Below, piece after piece: positions 36,801 through 39,240 of a stretch of DNA of 39,240 nt. The notes below the pieces were generated by a model. It ran no database searches. It was not told where the DNA came from and worked only from the letters and a program-made list of their open reading frames with translations. Each line of letters begins with the position of its first letter. Position 1 is the first letter of the stretch. The stretch is from Sphaeroforma arctica JP610 (Eukaryota): positions 116,090 to 155,329 of the forward strand of contig NW_014040454.1 in assembly GCF_001186125.1 (NCBI RefSeq). Direction: 5' to 3'. The position numbers and the translations under genes were made by a program.

Positions 36801-37534
36801 GTATACATACACAGAGATATATATATATATATATATACATACACACACACACACAGACACAGACACACATATATATATATACATACACACATACACACAC
36901 ACACATATATATATATAGGCTTTCGGTATCTATTAGCCTGTGTAAGTGTAGATATCGGGAATATTATAAGCAGTTCGAAGTCTTGACCCAAAATTCGCTC
37001 CAGAGCGCGCTACTCTGATGAATAGTACGGGTTTGTTTCAAAACGTTTCAAGTAACAATGCCAATTCTCTCGACCCGATATCTTACAAAAAACGGGACAG
37101 AATCTACCGATGTCCTGATTTTATGCACGGCTAGCAGGATTCATACCCCAGATTTACGATTTCCCATAAGCATATCGGGACACAACTTACAAATTTGGCC
37201 CAGACGCGTATGTACCGCACATCGTTTCTGTACTGAGGGTGGTCACGGTATTCGCGCGCGCATTTTTCGTACAGAGAAATCAGATCCACTGAGGCCATAC
37301 TGGAAGTGCCGGCATATGTGACTTGCTTCTCTCTCCAGTCGATGTAGCTATGAATAGATTGGTCATGTAGGTAGGGGAGTAAAGGTAAAAGGTCAGGAGA
37401 GAAGCAACAAGATGAATGGAAAAACTTGGTTCATAAGAACACACTATAAGACCTTATCACAAATGATAACATACCATAGCCACAGATCAAGCGGATCATC
37501 GCTCCTGTCCGTTCTCAACGCGTCCTCAAAGGCT
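26246..37534 (-). CDS. BUB1: Bub1 / MadBub spindle-assembly-checkpoint kinase, multi-exon; 5' end uncertain
   Basis: Exons on the minus strand: 37475-37534, 37191-37347, 36532-36689, 35954-36007, 35334-35405, 34918-34971, 34277-34403, 32362-33078, 31251-32276, 30349-30475, 29761-29863, 28994-29180, 28465-28636, 27482-27668, 27115-27221, 26246-26459. All introns are GT-AG with matching phases except the 28994/28636 junction. TPR, GLEBS and kinase motifs are all recognisable. A candidate ATG exon lies at 37748-37797. Confidence 0.92.
26910..27077. repeat. Intronic ~27-30-bp minisatellite
   Basis: About 6 units of 'tcatc.ttttt..gaatagactcata.ac'. Confidence 0.85.
27227..27349. repeat. Intronic 14-bp minisatellite abutting a splice acceptor
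   Basis: About 9 units of GAATGAGGACAAG(T/C). Confidence 0.9.
29186..29700. repeat. Intronic (GGAAAT/GGGAAT)n tract followed by a ~30-bp minisatellite
   Basis: Purine-rich hexamer-like run at 29186-29370; 'acaagtactatactacacaacactacacac' units at ~29417-29700. Confidence 0.9.
34918..34971 (-). CDS. BUB1: GLEBS (Bub3-binding) motif exon
   Basis: 54-nt exon reading FVEEISPEELRAMQSQYR, matching the GLEBS core ExSxEExRA; CAG acceptor and GTGGGT donor. Confidence 0.85.
35954..37534 (-). CDS. BUB1: Mad3/Bub1 homology-I (TPR) domain exons
   Basis: AFEDALRTDRSDDPLDLWLCYIDW..YRNDVRYIRVWAKF|ADRCQKPLDVYAYMNDSRIGWLVAVFYERWS..LDLGISRKARPLRRL. Confidence 0.92.
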
Positions 37535-37613
37535 CTGTGAGTGAAGATAACCATATTGGTTAATGTTATTTCATGACACTATATATATATATAGATATGC
37601 TATTATATACAAG

Positions 37614-37657
<44 letters not shown>

Positions 37658-38155
37658 TATGCTATTATATACAAGAATATATACATGTATATATATATAT
37701 ACTATTATATATAGTTTTATATACACATACATGTATGTGACACCTACTGACATCGCCAAACGGTTGATCTCGACAGAGACGAGCCACAAGGGATCATGTT
37801 GGAGTCAGGACATGCATGAGAAATAACAAGGATAGTAGACGAAAAGAATTAGTTTACTTAAAACAGCAATTGAAACTAAAAACATTATGAAGAGGACATA
37901 ACACACACACACACACACAGAGTTCCAGCAGACCACAGTACTGTGCCACATAGCGTTCGTCAGTGATATTTAGAAGAAAACAAAGATACTTAGAATGCGC
38001 CTAACAATTGGCAAGTACAAATAATATGTGTTATCATAATATGTATTATGAAAATTATCAGTACTTGTAATTTGCAAGTACATACTATCTCAGGGGAGTC
38101 TCACAGGGATCAAACATGTGGTGTAGATTGCACAGAATCATATATATATATAATA

Positions 38156-38680
38156 TGAAATACAAATACATAAGAGAACATACAGATACAAAAGTGAAAT
38201 ACAGACACGTAAATGAAGATACAGATATATAAATGAAGATACAGATACAGAAATGAAGATACAGATACATTAAAGAACATACAGATACATAAATGAACAT
38301 ACAGATACATAAATGAACATACAGATACATAAATGAACTTACAGATACATAAATGAGCATATAGATATATAAATGAACATACAGATACATAAATGAATTA
38401 AAAATATATAAATGGACATACAGATACATATATCAACTACAAATAAATAAATGAACACACAGATACTTAAAATGAAAAAAGATACGTTAATGAACATACA
38501 GACTACACAGACACATAAAAGAAATGAAGAAACACAAATGAAATACAAGTACATTAATGAACCAACAGATACGTAAATGAACATACAGACACATTAAAGA
38601 AATGAAGATACACAAATGAAATACAGATACATAACAAGAATTGAAAATAAGTGAATGAACATGCAGATACATAAATGAAA
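38156..38680. repeat. 20-bp minisatellite
   Basis: AAATGAACATACAGATACAT and variants repeated more than 20 times. Confidence 0.92.
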
Positions 38681-39062
38681 GCCCATACGGCGTGATAGCT
38701 AGCATGTGCGTAACAGACCTTGCGAATCGATCGATTCATCCTGTCCCAGTAACCGTGTATAGAAACATCCCATGTCATGCACACACTGTACAGTCTCAAA
38801 GGCATCGATATATACAATACGAGCCAAGCCTGTGAAATACCTGTAAGTCAATGGCTGCACCCGCCGCCTGACTGTCAACAGTAGTAGTATACACACAAAC
38901 ACATACGATACAGCGTGAGCGCACCCGCCCAGGGGTTTTAGGGTTTTGCCAGACAGACAGATACTGTCCCAGTGTACTTCTATAGGTCAGTAATGCCATG
39001 GGATAGGGTTTTTAGGGGCGTAATACTAGACCACAGGATCATTGTAATATACTTTATACAAG

Positions 39063-39240
39063 TCATATACAGACTCATAGCATTTACTTAATGCATGTCA
39101 TGCACAGACTCATAGCATTTACTTAATACATATCATATACAGACTCATAGCACTTACTTAATACATGTCATACACAGACTCATAGCATTTACTCAATACA
39201 TATCATATACAGACTCATAGCACTTACTTAATACATGTCA
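39063..39240. repeat. 35-bp tandem repeat running off the window end
   Basis: About 5 head-to-tail units of 'tcatatacagactcatagcatttacttaatacatg'. Confidence 0.92.

Noticed and set aside
38156..39240. 20-bp and 35-bp arrays as possible CRISPR-like arrays
   Set aside because: The units are head-to-tail with no unique spacers, no cas-like gene is nearby, and the context is eukaryotic.

Overview
Eukaryotic, intron-rich genomic DNA with GT-AG introns full of (TA)n/(CA)n microsatellites and four N-gaps. It looks like a unicellular non-metazoan, possibly holozoan, genome; that is inference. Most entries in the ORF track are microsatellite noise, and the real genes only appear after manual splicing. 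(1) Exon 1 of TRAPPC4/Trs23 (minus, 56-177) lies head-to-head with (2) a complete 3-exon mitochondrial ribosomal protein S6 gene (plus, 906-3692). (3) A ~20 kb gene-poor block holds decayed transposon remnants. The most notable are two highly diverged, oppositely oriented copies of one DDD-type transposase family that resembles Sola3/oomycete-type elements: copy A lacks the catalytic core, and copy B retains it in mutated form. SAP/SWIM-like and MuDR-like remnants are also present. (4) A tRNA-Leu(TAA) gene (minus, 24048-24131). (5) A ~16-17-exon Bub1/MadBub spindle-checkpoint kinase gene (minus, ~26246-37534+) with TPR, GLEBS and intact kinase motifs. It has no visible KEN box, two unresolved frame junctions, and several introns carrying duplicated copies of neighbouring exon ends or splice donors. 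I see no CRISPR array or prokaryote-type system. Family assignments come from motif recognition, not database searches.
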